Source: a virus (taxonomy: Duplodnaviria; Caudoviricetes). From it: a stretch of DNA of 64,000 nucleotides. A model generated the notes under the pieces. It saw nothing but the letters and a program-made list of their open reading frames with translations, searched no databases and had not been told where the DNA came from. The position numbers and the translations under genes were made by a program. The DNA lies in the IMG/VR virus record IMGVR_UViG_3300010163_000003, positions 64,001 through 128,000 of that record, one strand, 5' to 3'. Numbering within the stretch: position 1 is the first letter of the stretch; the number at the start of each line of letters is the position of its first letter. Positions 27,371 to 37,149 of this stretch are shown piece by piece.

Positions 27371-29686
27371 TTAAATAGTTGTAAACATTAACTTATAGCT
27401 TTTAAGTACAGGAGTAATCCATGTGTCACGTTTAGTATTTCTACGTAATATAGCTTTAAGTCTCATGCTACAATCAAAGCTAGGATAGTTTATTTCTATT
27501 TTTTGATGAGAACTAATAGGTTGATTAAAATATACATAACCACCATTGGTATAATATTGTACTATGTTACTATCTGAATTGAAATTTTTATAGCTATCAG
27601 CAGGACACTGTTTATTGGTTACGCATTGTATAACACTATTAGAAAGGCTAGTTTGATTATAAGTTTTATTTGTGTCCATGTCAATAATTTTCACGAAACT
27701 CGTTGTAGAATCTGGATTTATCTTACTATAATAAGGATAGCCAGATAATTTATAGCAAGCAGTACCATTACCCATAATCTCATCGAAAGAATTAGATGGT
27801 TCTGGTTCCCCTGTCACATCTATTAATGTAAGTTCTTTAGAAATATCAGCGGGGGTATAAGACACAGTGTACATAGCAAAATGATCTATATTAGATATTT
27901 CTATTGCAATTACATCAGATTCTGGGTCATCTGGATTTTCCCTACGTATTCTATAATCTGCTTCTTCTACCAGTGTTATATCATTCATAGTAACAACAGG
28001 ACGTTCCATTTCTATAGTAGGAGTACTAGTACCATCTGCTTCTAGTTTATTGATTACTACATTTCTACATACAGCAGGATGTCTTAAGTAGCATACATCA
28101 TAATCAAGTTGCAACAATTCATTATGTACGTAAGATTTATTAATAGGGCATATAGGTTTCCAATCCTGATACGATGGATTATCCTTAGTAGATACATAGA
28201 ATTCTATATCGGTTACTATTTGTCCATTAGAATCATAAAAATGTTCTTCCTCTGTTTCTAACCTAATGGTATCTATAGGGCCATTACAATCTATCTTTTG
28301 AGATACCCATATACCTGCACGTTGAAATTCTACAAAGTTAGGAGCTATATTATAAAATCCATACGTATATTGATATTTAGTTACTGGAAGCACTTTATCT
28401 CTATTGTTAATAAGTAAATCATTAATGTCAATATTATCATTGGAGACAAGTTTATTGTTAATATATTTCCATACTGCATCATCAGCGGCTCTATCTAAAT
28501 ACAGTGGCTTGAATACCGCTGTATTGGGCATATTAGCATCTGAACCATCATTATATGTAGCATTAAACCATAATTCATTTTTAAACATTTGATTGCATGA
28601 CATGAGATAGGTGCTTTTAATGCAATGTAATTGATTGATTAATATATATAAACGTTTACAGCTTATAGTTGGGAAATGAAATGTATGTTCTTGCTTTACG
28701 CTTGTTTCGTTAAGCCAGCTATAGCTTTCGTTATCAGGATATACAATACTATATATCTCGTCATCTTCATCATCACTTAAAGAATACCTTATGGCAATAA
28801 TATCAATAGGGAAATTGCCATATGGTCTTAGAGTGATTTCATTTATCTTTGCAAGAGCTTCAAATACAAGACATATTTCGCACATAGCGCCGCGAGGTAA
28901 ATCATAATAAGAGCGGTTAAGTTTACCTAAGCCAGTGGCATCATCATATTCTAACCCTTTTATCTTTAATTCAGAGTCAGCCAATATAGTCTCAGACCAA
29001 TATGTGCTCATGGATGTATCAATGGCGTTTTCTAACTTGGTCTCAGAATTTTTTGCTTTAATAAATCCTGCTCCATATTGTTTAGTTAAAATTATTTCAC
29101 CAAGTTGAACCCCTGATTTATATACCATAACATTTTGTTGTCTAGTATACCCAAGAGTAATATTCTCTTGTTCAGAGTTAAAATGTGCATAAGTATCAAG
29201 AGGCATTTTTTCTCCATAGCGTTCTGTATAATACTTAGAGTCTAACTCTTGAAAGTTAGTAGTACGGAATCCCTCTATAAAACAATATGGATTGCCTGCC
29301 GTGCCTATTACAGCTTCATATTCATCTAACTTATCGTTAAGGCCAGCTATTGTAGAAAATAAAGTATTAACAATACTTTCATTAAGCATTTGATGCTGGT
29401 TTAAAGAATCGTATAAATCATTAATATAATAAAATGTAGTAAGAATATCTATATATAATTCAAATGCGGTTTGGTTATAATCATCTGCATTAGTAATACC
29501 ACTTTGTGTTCTTACGGTAGTTATTAGATTCTTTTGATTAATACCAGATAGTAAATTTTCTTTATACCTTTCTTTTTCAGAAGAAGTCATGTAACGCATA
29601 TCAGTAAGCTCAGAAACAACTTTGGCGGTAATTTCTTCTTTAAGTTTACTCAGATGTGTTTCCATCTTTCTTACTCCTTCCTCCAA
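27371..29686 (-). CDS. Virion structural protein (paralogous family)
   Basis: NADDYN...DIL; IEFYVS...W.PI.P; TPVLKSYKL. Confidence 0.65.
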   Translation of the reverse strand: MEEGVRKMETHLSKLKEEITAKVVSELTDMRYMTSSEKERYKENLLSGINQKNLITTVRTQSGITNADDYNQTAFELYIDILTTFYYINDLYDSLNQHQMLNESIVNTLFSTIAGLNDKLDEYEAVIGTAGNPYCFIEGFRTTNFQELDSKYYTERYGEKMPLDTYAHFNSEQENITLGYTRQQNVMVYKSGVQLGEIILTKQYGAGFIKAKNSETKLENAIDTSMSTYWSETILADSELKIKGLEYDDATGLGKLNRSYYDLPRGAMCEICLVFEALAKINEITLRPYGNFPIDIIAIRYSLSDDEDDEIYSIVYPDNESYSWLNETSVKQEHTFHFPTISCKRLYILINQLHCIKSTYLMSCNQMFKNELWFNATYNDGSDANMPNTAVFKPLYLDRAADDAVWKYINNKLVSNDNIDINDLLINNRDKVLPVTKYQYTYGFYNIAPNFVEFQRAGIWVSQKIDCNGPIDTIRLETEEEHFYDSNGQIVTDIEFYVSTKDNPSYQDWKPICPINKSYVHNELLQLDYDVCYLRHPAVCRNVVINKLEADGTSTPTIEMERPVVTMNDITLVEEADYRIRRENPDDPESDVIAIEISNIDHFAMYTVSYTPADISKELTLIDVTGEPEPSNSFDEIMGNGTACYKLSGYPYYSKINPDSTTSFVKIIDMDTNKTYNQTSLSNSVIQCVTNKQCPADSYKNFNSDSNIVQYYTNGGYVYFNQPISSHQKIEINYPSFDCSMRLKAILRRNTKRDTWITPVLKSYKLMFTTI

Positions 29687-32051
29687 ATACTTGATAGTAT
29701 ATTCTTGGATTTTGATAATAATTACTTAAATATCTTGGGGTATACGTATATATATATTTTCTTTTAGTTTGATTATAACAGTCATCTACTGCCATATAAC
29801 CATCTTTATTTATATATAAAACATGGGAATTATAAAGACGTTCTGGAGGTTGGTTAGCAGCCCAATCAAAATACTCTAACTTTTTTAGATCACTTGTTAG
29901 AAAGCCACGCACTGTTTCATCAGTTTCAGGATTCCAATACATACCATAATGACCATCAATAAAATATTCTTCTCCAGGATTCATTAAACCAGATATTACA
30001 GCAAAGTCTTCGGCGCTAGTAACCGGGAATAATTGATATCTTGTTGCTAAAAAATTATTTACAATACTTATATATGTTTCTGGTATATCTGAAACAATAA
30101 TAACCTTATCTTTGTAAGTGGTACTAGCTGTAATACTATCATTAATTTTTTCTAGTATTTTTGCTTGGGCAGTTATATAACCATTTTTATTATAAAAACC
30201 TTGTACAAGTATAGGTATTCCAGAATAAGTCATATACATATATGGTATTGGAACTTCCATAGTATAAGGAAAATCTTTAAATGTAGCATCTTCTTGCCAT
30301 ACAGGTCTATCTTCATCATATCTAAAATAAAATTTAATATGTTCCACATTGCCCATGTTTGTTGCTATATCGTTTGGTAAAGTAATTTTAACTTCTGATG
30401 TACTATCTACATTAGTTACATATCCATCATTAGATTCTTCCGTTCTATTGGAGCAGAAGAATACGTCTTTAAAGTAAGAACTTTCTTGAGAATAACATGC
30501 GTATCCATAATGAGCTTCTTGATCAACAAATTCAGAAAGAGCAGAGAAATCTTCTAAATTAAAATCAAATAATGGGTTCTCAAGTGGATCTGGAATATCT
30601 ATAATCTCTTCATTAACAACACTATTCCACGTATGTGGCTGATTATATTTTAACCATATTCTAAAATTGTTTCCATTCCGTTTTACTAGAACAGTGATGC
30701 CATTGCTTAAACTATTCCATTTAACACTTGATGTAGAATGTATCATTTTACATAAAGAATTATCAACAGGTTTTATGGCATAATATTTTACATTATTAGT
30801 TGTTCCATCTATATTACTGTTTGTATAATTCTTTCTTATATATGCAACGCATCCATTCATGAAATATGTAGAATTTCCAAGATGCTGTCCACCTAAAATA
30901 CACACTAAAGATATTCTATCATGTGTAACATCATTATACATTAATTCAACGCCTATAGCATCATCATCTTCGCTATTAGAAAACAATGTTACTCTATGTG
31001 TATAATTTTTATATGTACCTTTACTTAAAAAAGCGTCCCAATAATACTCATTGTTCATTGTACACATAAAAGATTTTAATGAGTCATCCCATATCCAGTT
31101 ATTATTATTTGGATCTCCATAATGAATACCTTCATCAAAGATCTTCTTTAAGGTTTCTGCATCTCCATCTTGTATTATGTCTGTTGTTACATCTTCTTTT
31201 ACTCTAACAAAATTGATATTACCATTTGGAAGAGGGATTTCATCCTCATATATTAAATAAATATTATTTTTAGCTTTATCTTCATAAAATATAAGTTCTT
31301 CTTCTGTCAATAAATTATTTATATATTGTCTTAATTTAGCAAGTTCTTCATCTGTATACTTAATGGCTTCTTCATACCAGATACAAAGATGTTTTTGTAA
31401 TTCTTCAAGTTCTTGCACATATTTCATTATAATATCTAAAATATTTATTAATGGAGCAATAGCTAAATTATATCTCATAATTAAACTTTGTTCTAATCCA
31501 TTTAAATATTCTATATATGTCTTTAATGATTGTTCTAAATATTCTAATTGAATTAAATCTATTTGCACTTTACTTCCGGTATATACTAACATATCTAAGA
31601 CATCTTTGTTGGGATGATAGTGCTTCCCAGAAGATATTGAAAGATTGTTTAGCTTATCCTCTAATCCATCTATGTTCCCAATTGTATGTATATGCTCTAA
31701 AGGGGTTCTACTGTCAAAAAGCCTAGAGTCATTCCCTTGGCAAATAGTATCAGCTTGATTACCAAAATCTTTATTAAAAGCTGTATTTTTGTCGAAAGCT
31801 ACTTCTCCATTAAAATCTTGTACTGTTAAAGTAATATGACCAGTCTTTCTATTTATATGGAATACTCCGCCACTATCTTTTAATATATCTCTTTTTACTC
31901 TAGTTAAAGATTCTACGATAATAGCCTCTATATTGTTAGTATTTTCACTGATTTCTATTGTGAAATATCTATTGATAATTCTAAGTAAATACTTCTCTAT
32001 TCTAGAGCTTTCTTTGGTGAGTATTTGATTATCATGTTCAACAACATTCAT
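29646..32051 (-). CDS. Tail fibre-like protein with lectin-like domains
   Basis: GND.RL.D.R.P..H.H.I..I.GL fibre motif, coiled coil, DDDAIG lectin-like region, C-terminal degenerate C-type-lectin-like WAANQP. Confidence 0.65.
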   Translation of the reverse strand: MNVVEHDNQILTKESSRIEKYLLRIINRYFTIEISENTNNIEAIIVESLTRVKRDILKDSGGVFHINRKTGHITLTVQDFNGEVAFDKNTAFNKDFGNQADTICQGNDSRLFDSRTPLEHIHTIGNIDGLEDKLNNLSISSGKHYHPNKDVLDMLVYTGSKVQIDLIQLEYLEQSLKTYIEYLNGLEQSLIMRYNLAIAPLINILDIIMKYVQELEELQKHLCIWYEEAIKYTDEELAKLRQYINNLLTEEELIFYEDKAKNNIYLIYEDEIPLPNGNINFVRVKEDVTTDIIQDGDAETLKKIFDEGIHYGDPNNNNWIWDDSLKSFMCTMNNEYYWDAFLSKGTYKNYTHRVTLFSNSEDDDAIGVELMYNDVTHDRISLVCILGGQHLGNSTYFMNGCVAYIRKNYTNSNIDGTTNNVKYYAIKPVDNSLCKMIHSTSSVKWNSLSNGITVLVKRNGNNFRIWLKYNQPHTWNSVVNEEIIDIPDPLENPLFDFNLEDFSALSEFVDQEAHYGYACYSQESSYFKDVFFCSNRTEESNDGYVTNVDSTSEVKITLPNDIATNMGNVEHIKFYFRYDEDRPVWQEDATFKDFPYTMEVPIPYMYMTYSGIPILVQGFYNKNGYITAQAKILEKINDSITASTTYKDKVIIVSDIPETYISIVNNFLATRYQLFPVTSAEDFAVISGLMNPGEEYFIDGHYGMYWNPETDETVRGFLTSDLKKLEYFDWAANQPPERLYNSHVLYINKDGYMAVDDCYNQTKRKYIYTYTPRYLSNYYQNPRIYYQVFGGRSKKDGNTSE

Positions 32052-33274
32052 AAGCTCACCTTTACCTTAGAATAAAAATTTATAATTATTGTAGCATTGT
32101 TAATTTCTTTAGCTTTATCTGGATCACGATCTAATGCTTTTTTATTTAAAGAAGCTTTTGCCCAATATTTAGGAATATTAGAAGGATCATATGCAATACC
32201 GCCAAACAAGGAACCAGATATAGCATTATTAATAGTATACATGTATGGCAAATTTGCTATCAGCCTATTACCATTAGATTCAAAATCTAATAAAGTATCT
32301 ACTTCGCAGCTGGAAAGTTCCTGTTCTCTTTCTTTTAATTCTTCTAAAATAGAATTAGGAATATTATTTTCTAAATAATATCCTGTAGGAGTGTTGTTTT
32401 CTTCTACCAATAAGTCAGAAACTTTTATAGTTATTTGACCAACGAAACTTAATCCATTTTTAATTGCATCACTTACTTTATCTTTTACGACATAATCATT
32501 AAGATTAAGCTCTAATTTTAATTTGTCAATTTCTTCGTCTGTGTATTGTTTTGACATTGCTAAGTACTTTTTATTTTCTGATTCTATATTTAGGCGTATT
32601 TGCTTAATAAGATCTTCAATGTATTTAACTTTATCATCAATATTTTTAATTTTATTTGGAATATCTTTAATGAAGTCATCAATTTGTTTTTCTATTCTTT
32701 TAACAACTTTATCGATATCTGTTTCTAAGGTTTCTATAAAATATAAATCTATCTGTTTTTTCTGCCCTGTATAAATTAATTTATCTAATACACCTTTATT
32801 ATTGTGTTCATGAACATAACCATTAACTCTATTAACTTCTCCAGCTAATTTACTTAAGACACCATCAAGGCCAACTACTTCTGATATCTGGTGTTGATGT
32901 GGCAATGGATTTCTTGCATCAGATAACCGAGGGTCATTACCTTCGCAAGCAGTATTGGCTTTATCTCCAAAGTTTACATTGAATGCTGTAAGCTTTGGAT
33001 TTATAGCTGGCTCTCCTCCAAGATCTTGTATACTAAGATTAACTGGACCAGTATGGACAGACCCATCTGGAAGAGTAATACTTAATACGCCTATATGATC
33101 AAAAGACAATTCTTCTTTCATTCTCTTGACAGCTAGTTTAATAATATATTCTTTAGATGTAACTTGAGCTACATTAGAATCTCTAAAATATCTACGAACA
33201 AGTTCTAGTAAATATCTTTCTACGCTATCTGTACTTTTATTGTATCTGCTATTAGTAAGTTCTTCCATGCGCAT
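32048..33274 (-). CDS. Tail fibre-like protein, paralogue of 29646..32051
   Basis: Shared N-terminal ~250 aa motifs. Confidence 0.65.
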   Translation of the reverse strand: MRMEELTNSRYNKSTDSVERYLLELVRRYFRDSNVAQVTSKEYIIKLAVKRMKEELSFDHIGVLSITLPDGSVHTGPVNLSIQDLGGEPAINPKLTAFNVNFGDKANTACEGNDPRLSDARNPLPHQHQISEVVGLDGVLSKLAGEVNRVNGYVHEHNNKGVLDKLIYTGQKKQIDLYFIETLETDIDKVVKRIEKQIDDFIKDIPNKIKNIDDKVKYIEDLIKQIRLNIESENKKYLAMSKQYTDEEIDKLKLELNLNDYVVKDKVSDAIKNGLSFVGQITIKVSDLLVEENNTPTGYYLENNIPNSILEELKEREQELSSCEVDTLLDFESNGNRLIANLPYMYTINNAISGSLFGGIAYDPSNIPKYWAKASLNKKALDRDPDKAKEINNATIIINFYSKVKVSL

Positions 33275-33284
33275 ATATAATCAC

Positions 33285-33689
33285 CTACTTTGTATATACG
33301 ACATCTGGGTCTAAATCTGCTGGTCCAACAGTTGTTTCTTTTAGTATATCTAGTTGTTCTACTTTATTTTTAAGTTGGTCAAATAGCATACATTGCTTAC
33401 AGCTTCTTATAAGTTTGACATTGTCCAAAACTTTGTCTCCAAATTCAGTGGATTGCTGTACCTTTTTCAGAACGGTAATGGTTTCATCTTCACTGGTCAA
33501 ATACGGTCCATAGAATAAAGAATGAATCTGATTGACTTCGACACCGTTATAATTAGGCCAATTGGTCGATACGTAGGCCAGCCGTCTTTCCTCATCTTCT
33601 ATGTTATAGGTCAATCTAACAGTGTCCAGTGGTTCAATGACTTTAACTACTTTATCGTCTAATGCTCTATCACGAATAAGTATAACCAT
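33285..33689 (-). CDS. Hypothetical protein
   Basis: Operon packing. Confidence 0.6.
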   Translation of the reverse strand: MVILIRDRALDDKVVKVIEPLDTVRLTYNIEDEERRLAYVSTNWPNYNGVEVNQIHSLFYGPYLTSEDETITVLKKVQQSTEFGDKVLDNVKLIRSCKQCMLFDQLKNKVEQLDILKETTVGPADLDPDVVYTK

Positions 33690-33714
33690 ACCGTCATCTG
33701 AACCTATTTCGACG

Positions 33715-34371
33715 CTAGGGAAATCGCTGGAGGTCCGGGTTGGTTAGACCCAGAGCCTCCTCTACACCAGCATCCCAAAAAAGAACAGCATAACCATTAA
33801 TAATTGGTACATTGCCAAGATTGTTGGCATTTAATTCTACAACAACTTTAAATCCATATTTAAGATTATTCATCAAATGCATAGGTGTTTTAACTGCATT
33901 TGGGGTCAAAGGCCAACGCTCACCTAGACTATTCTCAAGATAATATTTTATTGAAGCACCTACTGGAATTACTTCATTAGCAATGAGAATAAAATCATTC
34001 ATTTCAACGCTTAATCCATAAGTGCTTTCTATTAACGTACTTGTCATTAAACCAGTGATTGAGTTTTGTATAAGAGTAAGATGACCGCTTTCAAAGTCAA
34101 CTTTAACATTGTTTGATTCATTCATATTAACATATTCGCCAGTATTAAATATATCTAAAAACATGGCATTGGTATATAAGTTGTTCTCAAATATAGTATA
34201 AACACGTTCTTCAAAAGCGGTATCTTTAACTCTATTTGTTTGAAGTTGTTGAGCGTTAAGATCATCTTGAAGGCTATTAACAGTAGAGGCATCAACACGC
34301 TCACTTGTATTATTGACATGTCTTTTATATTTAGTATATTGTCTTGTTCCATCATACTGATTCATAGCCAT
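33715..34371 (-). CDS. Short structural protein (related to the paralogous family)
   Basis: IKYYL..S.G..W...P and P.INGYAV motifs. Confidence 0.6.
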   Translation of the reverse strand: MAMNQYDGTRQYTKYKRHVNNTSERVDASTVNSLQDDLNAQQLQTNRVKDTAFEERVYTIFENNLYTNAMFLDIFNTGEYVNMNESNNVKVDFESGHLTLIQNSITGLMTSTLIESTYGLSVEMNDFILIANEVIPVGASIKYYLENSLGERWPLTPNAVKTPMHLMNNLKYGFKVVVELNANNLGNVPIINGYAVLFWDAGVEEALGLTNPDLQRFP

Positions 34372-34385
34372 GATGATCTTCCTTT

Positions 34386-35393
34386 CTATCCTTTAAATAA
34401 ATCAGATTTCTTCATGGCGGCAATTATGTCTCCACCATAAGAAATAACAACTCTATCACCTTTAACTTCAGTAACGGTATGAGTTACTTCATATACAAAT
34501 GACGCGAGATATTGATTAGTATAACTATGAGCACCAGGTTTAATCTTAACTTTATCGCCAACTTTAATATTGACAACAGGAGTCGCTAAGGTATTATCGC
34601 TTTTAACGATTGTACCACCAGTAGTGGTCATAAATGTACTAAATCCAGCTTTCTTCATCTTAGCCTGTAATGCTGCTGCGTTATCTTTAACAGCAAATGC
34701 GCCTGTCTGTACTTTGTACAAGCCACCAGCATGTACAAGAATAGCATCGAATCCCGCAGCTTCTACTTTTTTAAGTTCGGCATCAGCATTAGATTTATCT
34801 TTAAAAGCACCTGTCTGTATCCTATATAAGGTTTTTGTTGTGGCTGGTTTAGAAGACGATGTTGAAACTCCCAATAATTTATTTACTTCATCAGCAATAT
34901 AACCTTGTTTACTCATTAAGTATTCGCCAGGACAATCAGTATTAGCAAACCAACGATGTACAGTCATGTTTTGTTTATCAACCTGACCAATTAAGCTCTT
35001 ATCGTTCTTCCATATAAGTTTCTTAATGTCGTTGCGCTTACAAATATCAGCTACAAGCTTAATAAGAGCGTTCATTGCTTTATCATTTACATGCCAGTTA
35101 GGAGCACCACCATCATTGGCAACTTCTATAGTAACAGCACGATTATCATTAGAGCGACTAGCTGTAGTCCATGCTCTATCTTTTTCTTCTACATACATAC
35201 CAATGCGACCTTTTGAGTCAACACCGTAATTAGAAGATGCTTGTCGTGAAGTAGGAGCAAACACATTTGCACAAGATTCTACTGTAAGATTACCAGCCAT
35301 GCAATGGATTGTAATAGTATCAATCTTATGATTACGAGGTGAAGATTTGTTAGGAGAAATTTTAGTATAATTTACTAATGGACTGTTGCTCAT
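34386..35393 (-). CDS. Endolysin: N-acetylmuramoyl-L-alanine amidase (Amidase_2) plus two SPOR domains plus SH3/KOW-like C-terminus
   Basis: ITIHCMAG, ASSNY, RAW, TIEVAN, HRWFANTDCPG; Y(R/K)(I/V)QTGAF twice. Confidence 0.92.
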   Translation of the reverse strand: MSNSPLVNYTKISPNKSSPRNHKIDTITIHCMAGNLTVESCANVFAPTSRQASSNYGVDSKGRIGMYVEEKDRAWTTASRSNDNRAVTIEVANDGGAPNWHVNDKAMNALIKLVADICKRNDIKKLIWKNDKSLIGQVDKQNMTVHRWFANTDCPGEYLMSKQGYIADEVNKLLGVSTSSSKPATTKTLYRIQTGAFKDKSNADAELKKVEAAGFDAILVHAGGLYKVQTGAFAVKDNAAALQAKMKKAGFSTFMTTTGGTIVKSDNTLATPVVNIKVGDKVKIKPGAHSYTNQYLASFVYEVTHTVTEVKGDRVVISYGGDIIAAMKKSDLFKG

Positions 35394-35408
35394 AACAGTA
35401 CACCTACC

Positions 35409-35903
35409 TTAAATAATAACATTATGAGAACCATATTCATAGTTCTCCTCAAAAACAGGGGTTACATAAATAGTACAATCATCCTCCAATACATATGATC
35501 GTTTAATTACATCTTGAAAATAAGTCATTTCCGCTTTTACTGTAGAATCATATGTAATTATAGCTTTATCTAAAGTAATAAGCTTACTTATGCGATTAAA
35601 ACTATAATGCATTGTACTTTGTAACACACCATTAAGATATATTTTAAATTTATGATCGGTATCTAAGTAAGCATCGTCTGGCAGTTTCCACGTTCCATCT
35701 TCGTTATATGGCAATATAATAGTTTTTTGTACAGGAGAAGGAACAGAAGGATTATCAAAGACTTCTAAAGTTTCATATCGTATACCACTAGTATAAGTAG
35801 AATCTTTAAATGCAGCTTGTATTTTGTATTGCTTAACATGCTTATCTTTAATTCTTCTAAATGTAATATTTTTAGTAATCAATCCTGGCAGGAATTCAGC
35901 CAT
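35409..35903 (-). CDS. Hypothetical structural protein
   Basis: Context; beta-rich IYLNG motif. Confidence 0.6.
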   Translation of the reverse strand: MAEFLPGLITKNITFRRIKDKHVKQYKIQAAFKDSTYTSGIRYETLEVFDNPSVPSPVQKTIILPYNEDGTWKLPDDAYLDTDHKFKIYLNGVLQSTMHYSFNRISKLITLDKAIITYDSTVKAEMTYFQDVIKRSYVLEDDCTIYVTPVFEENYEYGSHNVII

Positions 35904-35914
35904 AGTACCACTCC

Positions 35915-37084
35915 TTATATCTTAAAGATTATAGTAGTAGGTGGCGATATATTACCATATACATCTTGTAAGTAAAATGTTAACCTGAAAGGAATACCAG
36001 GAGCGGCTTGTATTTGTTTTGTAATATAGTCTTCAGTAGAGTTTTCTGAGAAGATAGCTATATCTTCTTCTAATGGTATATTATACTTGTTTAATCCTAA
36101 GTGACTATGCTCCTTAGTATTATAATATACACCATCTCTACGAATAATACTATATCTTTTAAATCCAATTTCCTTGCCTAATTCTGGAGTATCAGGAGAA
36201 TATTCAAAAGGAATATGAGAATTTCCCATCTTATCACAATACATTTGCAGAATAGTCATTTTCTCTATGGAAACTGGCAATAAACTTTGAAATGTAGGCT
36301 CACTAAAATCGCCAATAAAATCATTAGAAACATTACGTATTTTAAATGATTTTAATTTACGATAATTGAAACGTGTGTTGTTCTTTTGCCATACATTTGG
36401 TATATCAACAGTTATATAATTATATGTGGCAAGATATTTGGTTGAATATTTTATTTCATCTTCTGTGAAAATAGGAACATTTTTGGGAAATGGAATTCCA
36501 TATTTACTTATTGAAGAAACATCTGTAATGTCTCCAATAATGATATCATTTCCCCAAGGAGCTACACCTACACGTTCCCAATCATTATCTTCAATAGAAG
36601 TTAAGTCTTTAGTGCAAAATATTTCACACTGTATATCTTTTTCTAAATCTATTGGCAACAATATTTCTCTTATAGTAGATAGGTGAGTTATTGTGTTATT
36701 TGATTGATCTACTCCTATCACAGAATAATATAATATTGTACCTTTAGATTCTGTAACTATATTACTAAAAGTAATAACATTTACATATGTATAATCATTA
36801 ATTTTAGCAATGTCAACAAATTGTTCATATTCTGTAACTGGCATGATATTTGCCAAAGGACCATTCCATGTTACGCCAGGTTGATTTAAGTTAGGTTTAT
36901 CTTGAACAACATAACATTCTTTACCGTTTACCATATGTGTATCAGCAAGTGACTCGTTAATAATTATGTTGGGTATAAGCGTGCGCACTTTTGATATTGT
37001 ATTTATATCATTAGGATTTTTGGAGCAATACACATACAATAGGTAATTCCCGGACAGTTTAGGTATGGTAATCTCAGTATACAT
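35915..37084 (-). CDS. Hypothetical structural protein (FN3-like ends)
   Basis: YYSVIGVD...; DVYGNISPP. Confidence 0.55.
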   Translation of the reverse strand: MYTEITIPKLSGNYLLYVYCSKNPNDINTISKVRTLIPNIIINESLADTHMVNGKECYVVQDKPNLNQPGVTWNGPLANIMPVTEYEQFVDIAKINDYTYVNVITFSNIVTESKGTILYYSVIGVDQSNNTITHLSTIREILLPIDLEKDIQCEIFCTKDLTSIEDNDWERVGVAPWGNDIIIGDITDVSSISKYGIPFPKNVPIFTEDEIKYSTKYLATYNYITVDIPNVWQKNNTRFNYRKLKSFKIRNVSNDFIGDFSEPTFQSLLPVSIEKMTILQMYCDKMGNSHIPFEYSPDTPELGKEIGFKRYSIIRRDGVYYNTKEHSHLGLNKYNIPLEEDIAIFSENSTEDYITKQIQAAPGIPFRLTFYLQDVYGNISPPTTIIFKI

Positions 37085-37103
37085 AAGTATTCTCCTTTAA
37101 TAA

Positions 37104-37129
37104 TTTAGGGCAGGAGAACCTGCCCTAAA
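37104..37129 (-). terminator. Intergenic hairpin (terminator or mRNA stabiliser)
   Basis: TTTAGGGCAGG-4 nt-CCTGCCCTAAA; U-tail is weak. Confidence 0.5.
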
Positions 37130-37149
37130 GCCTCTATTCTATTATATAT

